64,000 bases of DNA, from positions 28,644,001 to 28,708,000 of the forward strand of contig JBHGNT010000001.1 of the NCBI GenBank assembly GCA_043228905.1, written 5' to 3'. Positions 44,601 through 55,116 of the stretch are shown here, piece by piece. This stretch comes from Azolla caroliniana. Taxonomy: Eukaryota > Plantae > Polypodiophyta. A model generated the notes under the pieces. It was not told where the DNA came from. It worked only from the letters and a program-made list of their open reading frames with translations, and did not search any database. Each line of letters opens with the position of its first letter. Position 1 is the stretch's first letter. A program made the translations under genes and the position numbers.

Positions 44601-45082
44601 ACAGTTTGATAAGCAACATAATTGTCAAACCTGTCACTACTGTTGAGCTTATCATCCAGTGCAAAAACGTATTGAAAACCTGAGCAGCCGCCGCCTTCTA
44701 CACTCAGACGCAGCATCTTCTTATCCGCACAGCTGCCTTCCTCTTTCACAATCTCTTGAATCCTCTGCCAACACATATACATACATAAAGTGTAAACCCC
44801 TGCAATTTGAAAGAAAAGACTTGATTTTTTCTATATGTATGTATTTATATACATATATGCTGATGCAACCCCTACCTTAGCACAACCTTCTGTAATAGAA
44901 AGATCCTGCGAGGCAGTATTACTTGACGAGAATCGACATCTCCATGGAAGAAGAGTGGATCTTTGACAAGAAAAAGAAGAAATAGCAGGTAGAGAAGAAG
45001 GGGAGGGGGAGGGGGAGGGGGAGGAGGCACGGGCAACGGCGAAGAGCCTGTCAGAGAAGAGCTTCAACAAGGTCTTGCCCAT
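41623..45082 (-). CDS. ISCA2: Iron-sulfur assembly protein IscA-like 2, mitochondrial
   Basis: Exons 45082-44876, 44764-44631, 41871-41763 and 41685-41623. Arg/Ser-rich presequence, then [42 protein letters not shown] and [14 protein letters not shown]. Confidence 0.94.
42790..43510. repeat. ~160-185-bp tandem repeat, about 4 copies, in the IscA2 intron
   Basis: Recurring aaacattctcaaa...gagagggattgttttgga...gaatgtgatgaattgaaagtgatctgacacta...cattacaaatgattgtaa. Confidence 0.9.
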
Positions 45083-45238
45083 TGACAGGCTACGGGAAGT
45101 CCGAAGAAACAAAGGTAAGAAGAAACAGAGGTACATATATATATACATATGTATGTATGTATGTATGTATGTATATGTATACAGTATATGTATATGTATG
45201 TATGTATGTATATGTATATGTATATGTATGTATAGATA

Positions 45239-45274
<36 letters not shown>

Positions 45275-45299
45275 ATATGTATACATTATGTTCATAGAA

Positions 45300-45790
45300 T
45301 TACACCAAGGGGGCCTTCCTTAAGCATGAGGTCAGTCTTGCAAACCATAAAAAATGAATGGAACATGCCAATCCATGTACCTCCTTGCAAACTCCGCCCA
45401 CTCCTGGTGTCAGTGTTTCTCATGAACCCCATTTGCCTTGCGTACAATGGTTCATGGGTTTCGTTTGATACATGCGGAAATTCATCCATCATTTCAGTCA
45501 TATTGAGCTCCTCTCACCGAATTGATAAAAGGGAAAGTGCCATTCCATTGGGGAGAAACCCAAGAGGATGCCTTCAATGAGATGAAGAAGGCAATATGTG
45601 CAACTCCAGTCTTGAAGTTTCCCGAATTCGAAAAACCTTTTCAGATACACATACACGCGTCTTACTTGGCATATGGTGCGGTGCTCATGCAAGATTGCCA
45701 CCTAGTGGCGTACAAGTCTCGAAAGCTTTCGGACACTGAATGATGATGGCCCACCCATGAGAAGGAAATGATCATTGGGTTCCATGTCAC
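45300..45790 (+). mobile_element. Degenerate Ty3/gypsy RT-connection/RNase H fragment
   Basis: PFHWGETQEDAFNEMKKAICATPVLKFPEFEKPFQIH..AS..AYGAVLMQ..VAYKSRKLSDTE..WPTHEKEM, with stop codons. Confidence 0.85.
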
Positions 45791-46357
45791 TTGGTGGTTG
45801 GCATTGATGAAAGGCTACACATTGCCCAAATAACTTGCCAAATATCAAAGACATGCCACTCTCTTTTCAAGCTCTAATCTTCTTAATGAGACATCACCTT
45901 GTGAACATCACAAAACGGTTTTTTCTTGGTTTTCTTGTCATACATCTTAAATGTGAGGTCATGTCATGTGTTTTTTCCCCCCAAAAAAGATACGCCTTGG
46001 TATTATAAAATCATAAGAAATACAAAAGTTGTGTTGGATAAAGGAGTATACCAACCGTCTCCATTGTGCTCACATCATAGCCGATTTGATGTGTATATAC
46101 AAGAACTACACATATTTGTACACCATATCTCCAAGATTTGTATGGTCTACTCCTCCCAAACTACAAATGAGCATGCAATGTAACCTATACCACCAACATC
46201 TGCAGCAACAGAATCCATAAACAAAATTAGTAGACATTGTTTCCCAAACTGACAGGAACAGTAATTGCCATAGTGGGGTAAATGATTTCTAGAGGGCATG
46301 GGTGTGTGAGAGAGAGAGCGAGAAAGAGAGAGGGTTTGTGTGTGTGTGCCCAGAGAT

Positions 46358-46420
46358 GGATGTAGCTCAGTTGGTAAGGTTGCCCAATGGAGACCAAGTG
46401 GTCCTGGGTTCAACCCCTAG
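46358..46420 (+). other. tRNA-derived sequence (SINE head or tRNA pseudogene)
   Basis: A box TAGCTCAGTTGG and B box GGTTCAACCCC at tRNA-like spacing; no intact anticodon or acceptor stems. Confidence 0.6.
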
Positions 46421-46900
46421 AGAGGTGAGAAAATTGGGTTTCGAACTCAAAACATTATGCTTGTAGTGTTAACAACTTACCACTAAGGTAAGCTAATTAC
46501 GAGAGAAAAAGATGTGTGTGTGTGACCTCATGTTGGATCTCAACCATGACTCTACCATATGCCATATCGTTGGCTTATGGATGCACACATGAGAATTACC
46601 ATCGACTTACCTCCACGATTTTCAGTTGATGACAACAGTCATTTTCATTTGAATCCCCTTACTTCACAATTAATCAAGTACCACTAGCTCTCAATGAATT
46701 CCTTGCCAGTAAACCTTAGCTTTCAGAAGCGCCCCATCCCCCACTCAACTTCCCCTAGTGCCACACTTACATCGTTATTGTCACATGGTGCTCCAACTAG
46801 GATGAGGACTTCCTCATTTTTACAAAGTTCTTCATTATAAGTGAAACACACCATATATCCAAAGAGAATCACATGTCCCATCAAGGCAATGTGTTTGGAC

Positions 46901-46939
<39 letters not shown>

Positions 46940-48490
46940 ATTATCGTCTTCGGAGGTCGAATATGACCTATGAGACCAAAAATATTACATTTTGCATGAT
47001 ACGTGTGAAAGTGAGTAGTGACTCTCGATGTTCAAGAACTTTACCAATGAATGTTGCAATCGAGAGTGCACATTGTGGTTGTGAGAGGAATTCATGCAAG
47101 GATCGGGGTCTGTCGAAGAGATGTGGAAAGCATGGTCGAATATGATCAAAGGCAAAGCATTGTATCAAAGTGTGATACTCAGACTCGTGAACTTGTTTAG
47201 GGCAAAGTGTGCATACCCGACCACTCTCATCACGTGTGCCCCAACGCCCTGTCTCACATCGCAATGCATGTGAATCAACTGTTCTAATGGCAGATAATGG
47301 TATGGGCTCTAACATGTATCAATGTGTACGGTTTCCCCGTTTTGCAAAGAATATGGTTTTGTAGTTAGGTGCAACATGTGTAGTATAATGTGTGAAGCGT
47401 GAGCCTCCATATATTGGCGTTGCAAAGAGGCCTCATTTACAGAGGAATCTAATGATGCATCATGAGGCAAGTGTCTCGCATCCCATCTACCAAACCATTT
47501 TTCTATATCTTGCATGCAACCAAAACACAAAATTTTGCTTTTATGAGTCTTTTGGATCTTTTTGCTTGCTTCCCATGAAATTCTAGGAAGTCGATGTGAG
47601 GTATTTTTTTTAACCTTAAGCATGTATTCAACAACCCTTTCCATGGCCATGATCTCAATGGGAAGCGATCCCGTCTTAAGGAGGAGGGTGTAGGTCGTTT
47701 GTTTCTTAACTTGTAGAAACTTTGTAAGAAAATGTTTTTGGATATTTTCAAACTCTTTCCACATAGATTTAGGGATGCTACCGCCCCATACTACCACCCC
47801 ATAGAGAAGAACTAGTGTCACCAAAGTGTTGAAAAGATATTTCTTGAGGACCCAACACTTAATATCTCCAAGATTGCATGTGTTCTCAAATGCATAACAT
47901 GCTCACTTACGTGCTTCTAAGCGGCGTGTAGCACATTCATTCCATCTATGATTTGAAAAAAGCTTCAAGGCCAAGATATTTGAAGTTTTTCACACATTCA
48001 AGTGGCTCATTGTTGTACATAATGCATGGTTTATCTCTTTTTTGGCTCTTCACAAGCATAATCTTTGTTTTAGAGCTATTGACACTTAATTGAGTATGCA
48101 TGCAAATTTTTTCCAATGCCTTCATAAGCTTTTGTGCATCTCCTAAAGTATTTGGAAAAAGCACTACATCATCTGCATATAGCAAAAGCATAATCACAAC
48201 ATTCCCAATGGTAACTTCTTCAATACATTCTTCCTTTGTAGACTTGGTAACCATTTCTTCCAATTAATCAATACATAGACCAAATATTGTTGGTGAGAGT
48301 GGACATCCTTGCTTAACATCAATAGTGCTTTTGAAAAATTTGAAAGTTTATCCCTCATACGCACACAATATATAACCTTCTCACAAATTTGGGAAATTGC
48401 AAGCATATATTCACTTGGCACCTCAAGTTCTTCCATTTGCCTCCAAAGATGGTCACAAGGTACCATATCAAAAGCTTTCTTGAAGTCTAC
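46940..48490 (-). mobile_element. 5'-truncated, degenerate RTE/RTEX-like LINE
   Basis: Frameshifted ORFs with VDFKKAFD, LLLYADD, FKYLG, LLYG..VWG and a C-terminal SHALRCETGRW..CTLC..ESEYH..C. Confidence 0.85.
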
Positions 48491-49374
48491 AACCCCCGTT
48501 GTGGATTATCATGCTTTGTTAAAACAAGAATGCCCTATCTGGGTAACAATGGATTGTAAGAATGTTTTTTTATGGCTACTTTTACCAGAGTTGATGAGTC
48601 AAATGGGTAAAGTGTTGGTATCTCCACGTGCAAATGCTACAAATAAGTGCAGATTTTGTGTGTTATGGGATACAAGCCATAAGAGGCAAGGATGGGTGGT
48701 TATGAACACACCCGGTATGAAAAGACTTTGTTTTAAATTGAAGTGTGAGACATTTGCAGGTCATTGTTTTGGATGTGGTGAATGGGATCACTTTATGGAG
48801 GAATGCCATCATTCTTGTCCTTCAACTATAGAGGTTCCTAATTAAGGGAATGGTAAGGAAGGAGTTGGGAGAGATGTTGGTGTGTCAGATATTGTGGTTA
48901 TTATGGATGAAGGAACATCATCTAAACCAGGTTATAAAGAGGTTTCACTTTAAGGTTTGGGGCCTAAGAATAAGGGAACTCAATCTATGGATATGGAAAA
49001 ACAAAGTTTGGTGGTTATAGATAAGGGGAAAAAACCGTTGGATAGAACTAGTAGTGATGTTGTTGTTGAAAAGGATTGGCATCATGTTAAGGGCAAGTCA
49101 AAGGGAAAATCAATGAATATGCAACGTAATAATTTGCCACTACTCGTGAGACTACTTGGAAAGGAAATTCAGGAACTAGGGAGGGTCCTCGAAAAGTTCC
49201 TTGACAAAGACAATTTAGCGATAAGAGATTACCCCTTCACATTCAATTGGATTCATTGGAACAAGTTGTAAATTCATCGAATTCTCGAGGTTTTCATCAA
49301 GCGAGAGAACCTAAACAAAAGATTTTGATAGACAACCCTAAGGATGTGGTGCATGAAAATCCATATGCAGCATT

Positions 49375-49829
49375 TGTCAGGAACTCTATTAAGGCAGAGA
49401 AGGAATTAGTACTAAAAGAAGGATTAGTACTATTGTTGGGGAATAGTACTAAGACAGAGAAGGATTAGTACTATGAGAGGTGTCGAACTTTGAGAGAAGG
49501 AATGAGTGAGTGAGAGAGAGAGAGAGAGAGAGAGAATGATGATGCGAAAGATATATGTATTATATGAAGGAAGATATACAACAGTAGTTAGAAGGCTTAA
49601 GACTGGCGTTGAACCGATTTGGTTCGAACTAATGCCTTGCGCCTCCTTTTATAGTGTCTTCAGGAATACTCCTGAAGTTTCTAGAATGTTCCAGAGAAAT
49701 CTGGAATATACATCAATTTCCCAATAAAACCTAAATGAAAATAATATCCTTCAAATTACAATTCATAACCTAATGGTAAAGTCTCGACCCGTGTAACAAA
49801 AGGTTATGGGTTCGAGTCTAGTTATGACA
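49375..49829 (-). repeat. 3' LTR (455 bp)
   Basis: By eye identical to 54660-55116 except for one GA unit. Confidence 0.96.
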
Positions 49830-52800
49830 CTATCCCCCCTTTAAAACGACGAGTTCCACGAGTCGTTTTGGATTGAGGACCCGGTTTCTCGGGATATCGT
49901 GGATGGAAGTCTTCTAGAAGAGCACGAGCATTGGTCACATTCTCGATCGGTTCCCAAGTACGCTCGCTGGGACTATATCCTAGCCAATCGACTAGATAGT
50001 AGAGCTTGTTGCGAACAATCTTGGAATCGAGGATGGCAGCGACCTCATACTCAGGTCCATCTTCGAGCTCGATAGGAGGTGGTGGTTGTATAGTACGTCC
50101 TGGGATAGTGCTCTCGTGATAGGGTTCGAGGAGAGAACTATGAAACACCGGATGTATCCGAAGTTGCGGAGGTAGTTCGAGACGAAAAGCGACATCATTA
50201 ATCTTCCCGATAATACGGAAAGGACCTAATCGCCGATAATCCAACTTCTCACATGGGCGAGTAGTCTTGATGTGTCGTCGTAGCAGCCACACCCGATCTC
50301 CAATGTTAAAACTGGATGGAAGTCGATGACGATCTGCGTAGTCCTTGTGTGATTGTTGAGCTTGCTGGAGTTGAGTAGATAAATCCGCTTGTATCTTGCG
50401 TAACCGCTCCAAACGATCCTCCGCGCAAGGATTTGTGGACACTTCTGGGGTTTCAAGGACACACCACCGGGGATGATATCCCGTATAAGCGTAGAATGGC
50501 GTGACTTTAGTCGATGCGTGGATAGCGTTATTATAGGCAAATTCGGCGAACTGAAGAATATCTGCCCAGTCATTCTGATGATAGTTGAGAAAGCACCACA
50601 GATACTGCTCCAGTGTTTGATTTGTTCGTTCGGCTTGACCGTCGGTTTGTGGGTGGTAGCCGGAGGAGAGGTTACAAGTGACCTTCAGCATTTTAAAAAG
50701 GTGCTTCCAGAATTTTGACACAAACTGGGGTCCACGATCGCTGATGATATTATCAGGGAGTCCATGATGCCGACATACTTCCCGCATGACAATTTCGGCG
50801 GTGTCTTCACTAGATATTTCTTTAGTACATGGTAAGAAATGAGCCATCTTCGTATATCGATCCACCACTGTGAGAATCGCACTGAATCCCTTAGAGACTG
50901 GAAGATCTGTAATGAAGTCAAGAGCAATGGATTGCCATGGCTTGCTTGGAATTGGTAATGGTTCTAATAAACCATATGGATGATGTCTTGGCATTTTCGC
51001 TCTGCAGCATGTATCGCAAGTTCGAACAAAATCTTCGACAAATTGTCGCATACGGGGCCACCAGAATGATCGTTGTACTAAATCTAATGTTTTAGTACTA
51101 CCAAAATGTCCTGCTGTATATGTGTCATGGCAATTTTGTACTACTCGAAGGCGGCAAGAACCATTAGGAACATACAAAAGTTCTTTAAAGAAGAGTAATC
51201 CATCACAGTATTTGAATTGCCGATAATCCGTACCTGGTGATTGTGATTGTGAACATGACGCTCGAGAGGGGTCAATTTGTGCTAGTATAGCTTGGGCGAA
51301 AGCGTCAGTCTTCAAGTCCTCACGTATAGTATTGGTAATGTTGGAATCCACGGGCATGTCAAAGACCTGTGCTGCTTGCAGTCGTGCTGGACCCAAGATT
51401 ACTTGCTTCTGGTTATCGAAAGCTGGCTCACCGGGACGTGGTGTTAGATACGAACGCCGTGATAATGCATCTGCCTTCCCTTGGTGCTTCCCCGGACGAT
51501 ATGTAATTTTGAAGTCGAAGCGTGTGAGGAAGTGGGCCCACCGAGCTTGACGTCGATTCAGTACACGAGCATCTTGAAAGTAGGCAAGGTTCTTGTGGTC
51601 ACTGAATACAGTGACCTGATGAGGAGATCCCTCCAGGAAATGCCTCCATTGCATAAAAGAATCAACTATTGCTAATAGCTCTTTATCATGAATTTCGTAG
51701 TTGATTTCGGCGGCGTCAAACTTACGGGAGTGGAAAGCCACAGGATGTAGCTTCTCGTCGTTACCCTGTTGTGACAGAATGCTCCCCAATGCGAAATCCG
51801 ATGCGTCAGCTTCGATAATGAATGGTTTTTCCGGATCCACATGACCTAAAATTGGAGCTGATGTAAACGCCTTCTTAAGACTCTCGAAAGCCATGTCCGT
51901 CTCTTTAGACCAAATGAATGATTGTCCCTTCCTGGTGAGCTGTGTGAGAGGCAGCACAATTTTTGAGTAATTTTGTATGAACTTCCGGTAAAAATTTGCA
52001 AAGCCTAGGAAGCATTGCACATCCCGCACCGAATGCGGAGTGTGCCATTCTATCACCGTTTTGACCTTGGCTGGGTCCATAGATATGCCTTCTGAGGAGA
52101 TGACATAGCCGAGAAATTCCACTTGGTTGCACCCGAAACTACATTTCTCTAACTTTGCATACAGACCATGTTCTCGAAGTCGTTTTAGTACTAATAGTAC
52201 ATGAGAATCATGTTCTTCTTGGGTCTTTGAATAAACCAGTAGATCATCCAAATAGATGATCAAAAAATCATCCAAGAGATCTCGAAATATATCATTCGCC
52301 ATGTGCTGGAAGACTGCCGGCGCATTAGTGAGTCCGAACGGCATGACCGTATACTCGAAGTGCCCATATCTGGTGCGAAACGCGGTCTTCCATTCATCTC
52401 CTGGTCGGATCCGTACGAGGTTATAGGCTCCTCGTAAGTCGATCTTCGTGAAGAACCTGGCACCGTTGATCCGTTCTAAAAGACTTGAGATAAGGGGAAG
52501 AGCATACCTATTTCTTACTGTGACCTTATTCAAGCCACGGTAATCTACAACGAGTCGAAGCGAGCCATCTTTTTTCTTGACGAAGAAAATGGGTGCGCCG
52601 GTTGGAGATTTCGAATGCCGAATGAAACCGTTCTCCAAATTCTCCTCTATATAGGCTCGAAGGACTTCTAGCTCGGTTGGTGACAAATTGTAGATCGGCC
52701 CCCATGGCGGCTCTTTTCCCGGTTGTAAGTCGATGGCGCAATCGTACGGCCGATGATGAGGAAGTGTGTTGGCTTGTACTTTATCGAACACATCAGCATA

Positions 52801-53418
52801 CTGACGATACTTCTCGGGAAGTTGAACGGTGGACTCCTCTTTGGTGGTGCTGGAGGGTTGTACTGATATTGCGAAGAGAAACATTTCCTCCTTGCGCCCT
52901 TCCTCACGCAACTGACGTAGCGAAATGGTTGCAACCTTCTGGGTAGATCCTTGGGTTTGTCGCAACCGGATTTCCCTTGTCCTCCAATCTATGTCTGGGT
53001 TATGTAACTCGAACCATGGTAATCCTAAAACTATGGGATGTTCTGGAATACTAATAATATTAAATGATACTACACATGTTAAGTTATCTAGGACAATATT
53101 AACGGGTTCCGACTCTTCTATGATATTACCAGAAGCAATGGGACGACCATCAATGACTACTACTGAGGCTGGACATGGGAGCTTTCTGAGAGATATCTGA
53201 TGAGCTCGGGCAAAATTCCTATCCATGAAGCAAGAATTAGCTCCGGAATCTAGAAGGGCTAAGGTATGTACTGGAGGGGTACTTTTAGTACTAACTGCTA
53301 CTTGGGCTACGAACACATCACTAACTTGCTTAGAGGGAATGGAACCACTAATGGGCTGCACAGATCTAGGGCTGTCCAACCAAACGGCTCCTATTTTGGC
53401 TGGACTTAGTCGTTTAAC
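49822..53418 (-). CDS. pol: Pol polyprotein: protease, RT, RNase H, integrase, chromodomain
   Basis: LLDSGA, YLDD, EADASD..EIHDKELLA, HHCC, DDE core, GPF and EYEVAAILD..YLVDWLGY..TWEP. The frame is open and -1 relative to gag; the stop codon falls inside the 3' LTR. Confidence 0.96.
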   Translation of the reverse strand, partial: VKRLSPAKIGAVWLDSPRSVQPISGSIPSKQVSDVFVAQVAVSTKSTPPVHTLALLDSGANSCFMDRNFARAHQISLRKLPCPASVVVIDGRPIASGNIIEESEPVNIVLDNLTCVVSFNIISIPEHPIVLGLPWFELHNPDIDWRTREIRLRQTQGSTQKVATISLRQLREEGRKEEMFLFAISVQPSSTTKEESTVQLPEKYRQYADVFDKVQANTLPHHRPYDCAIDLQPGKEPPWGPIYNLSPTELEVLRAYIEENLENGFIRHSKSPTGAPIFFVKKKDGSLRLVVDYRGLNKVTVRNRYALPLISSLLERINGARFFTKIDLRGAYNLVRIRPGDEWKTAFRTRYGHFEYTVMPFGLTNAPAVFQHMANDIFRDLLDDFLIIYLDDLLVYSKTQEEHDSHVLLVLKRLREHGLYAKLEKCSFGCNQVEFLGYVISSEGISMDPAKVKTVIEWHTPHSVRDVQCFLGFANFYRKFIQNYSKIVLPLTQLTRKGQSFIWSKETDMAFESLKKAFTSAPILGHVDPEKPFIIEADASDFALGSILSQQGNDEKLHPVAFHSRKFDAAEINYEIHDKELLAIVDSFMQWRHFLEGSPHQVTVFSDHKNLAYFQDARVLNRRQARWAHFLTRFDFKITYRPGKHQGKADALSRRSYLTPRPGEPAFDNQKQVILGPARLQAAQVFDMPVDSNITNTIREDLKTDAFAQAILAQIDPSRASCSQSQSPGTDYRQFKYCDGLLFFKELLYVPNGSCRLRVVQNCHDTYTAGHFGSTKTLDLVQRSFWWPRMRQFVEDFVRTCDTCCRAKMPRHHPYGLLEPLPIPSKPWQSIALDFITDLPVSKGFSAILTVVDRYTKMAHFLPCTKEISSEDTAEIVMREVCRHHGLPDNIISDRGPQFVSKFWKHLFKMLKVTCNLSSGYHPQTDGQAERTNQTLEQYLWCFLNYHQNDWADILQFAEFAYNNAIHASTKVTPFYAYTGYHPRWCVLETPEVSTNPCAEDRLERLRKIQADLSTQLQQAQQSHKDYADRHRLPSSFNIGDRVWLLRRHIKTTRPCEKLDYRRLGPFRIIGKINDVAFRLELPPQLRIHPVFHSSLLEPYHESTIPGRTIQPPPPIELEDGPEYEVAAILDSKIVRNKLYYLVDWLGYSPSERTWEPIENVTNARALLEDFHPRYPEKPGPQSKTTRGTRRFKGGIVS

Positions 53419-54575
53419 TCTTCTTCTAATTGGCTAAGGACATCAAATTTGTTTGCGAGATTCGGACTATTAGTACTATTAGGACTATTATGACTATGAG
53501 GACTATCAGAGATTCCTACTGAAATAGACTCGGGTTTAGTATAGTCAGAACTAACAACGACTTGGTTTACCTGCCTTCTTGGTCTATGGGGACAGTTTAT
53601 CGCGATATGCCCTGGTCCACCGCAATAAAGGCATAATCGGTTTGTTCGGCGTCGTTGCTTTTCCTCCTCCGATAGCGGCCCACGACGACGTGTAGTGTCA
53701 ATTTCCATTGGAGTTGGAGTACTTACTGGAGGCGCATTATGTGACTCCCTTTGAAAAGGTTTTGCTACCACTGAGGCATAGGTAGGCTCGGATCTTGCCC
53801 TCGGCATCTGAAATTGTCGTTCCGAACGTCGCTCGAAGAGGCGGTTGTCACATCTGACCGCTCGACTGATTGCTTCTGTTAATGATTTTGGCTCTTCAGG
53901 GAAAGTCAAGAGTAAATCCTTGACATCGTTGCGTAGACCATAGCGGAACTGCTCCATCAATGCTTGATCATCCTAGGGGATATCGGCGGCGAGTAGGCGG
54001 AAATCTGCAGCATATGCGGAGGCTGGACGGTCACCTTGGCGTAATCGCCGGATTTTGTTGATTGCAGTCCTTATGCTGTCAGTATCTCCAAACAATGCTT
54101 TAAACTCACTTATGAATTCTTCAAAATTATTTAGTACTGGAGATTCCTTTTCTAGTAGCGGAGCGAACCATGCTAATGCTGAGCCATTTAACAACGTGCC
54201 TACTAAACCCACTCGTGATGCATCGGTGGGATATCGGGACGGATGCATTTGAATAACTAACCGTACCTGGTTAAGAAACCCTCTAAACTGCGATCGCGTT
54301 CCATCGAACTTCGTGGGAAGGCCAATCTTGGGTTCTTTATGAATCCCTTGTGCTCCGTGCCCTTGTTGTTGCATTGCTACGATGGTTGCTTCGAGTTGTT
54401 GCACGCGTAACGCAAGTTCCCCATGCTGTTGTTGCGTTTGCTGCTTTTCTAAGGAAATTTGCTGAAGATCCCCCAACAAGCGTTGATTTTCTTGTTCCAA
54501 AGCATGAAACTTCTCTTTCAAGCATTGAAATTCCGAGAAAACGGATTGATACTCTTCAGCGCTAACGGTGGCCAT
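53406..54575 (-). pseudogene. gag: gag with an in-frame TAG at 53973-53975
   Basis: The two track ORFs are in the same frame (IP*DDQALMEQFRYGL). It has a coiled-coil, a retrotransposon capsid region and the zinc knuckle CLYCGGPGHIAINC. Confidence 0.9.
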
Positions 54576-54659
54576 GGGATGAAGGAAAAGGGAAATAAGA
54601 GACTAGTAGGAAAGGAGGGAGAGAAAAGACCAGACATGCACCCAGAAATCGGTTCAAAC

Positions 54660-55116
54660 TGTCAGGAACTCTATTAAGGCAGAGAAGGAATTAGTACTAA
54701 AAGAAGGATTAGTACTATTGTTGGGGAATAGTACTAAGACAGAGAAGGATTAGTACTATGAGAGGTGTCGAACTTTGAGAGAAGGAATGAGTGAGTGAGA
54801 GAGAGAGAGAGAGAGAGAGAGAATGATGATGCGAAAGATATATGTATTATATGAAGGAAGATATACAACAGTAGTTAGAAGGCTTAAGACTGGCGTTGAA
54901 CCGATTTGGTTCGAACTAATGCCTTGCGCCTCCTTTTATAGTGTCTTCAGGAATACTCCTGAAGTTTCTAGAATGTTCCAGAGAAATCTGGAATATACAT
55001 CAATTTCCCAATAAAACCTAAATGAAAATAATATCCTTCAAATTACAATTCATAACCTAATGGTAAAGTCTCGACCCGTGTAACAAAAGGTTATGGGTTC
55101 GAGTCTAGTTATGACA
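54660..55116 (-). repeat. 5' LTR (457 bp)
   Basis: TG...CA ends; TATAAAA on the minus strand near 54940. Confidence 0.96.

Larger units (their letters stand above)
49375..55116 (-). mobile_element. Full-length Ty3/gypsy chromovirus (Tcn1/Tf1-sushi-like)
   Basis: Two LTRs with TGTCA...TGACA ends, a perfect 5-bp TSD (GCATT), a PPT (AAAGGGGGATAG on the minus strand, next to 49830), and gag and pol ORFs. Confidence 0.97.

Noticed and set aside
46358-46420. Functional tRNA gene
   Set aside because: Acceptor and anticodon stems do not pair; kept only as tRNA-derived sequence
49506-49727. Identical 63-73 aa ORFs here and at 54823-55014
   Set aside because: Antisense ORFs duplicated simply because they lie in the LTRs; no coding evidence
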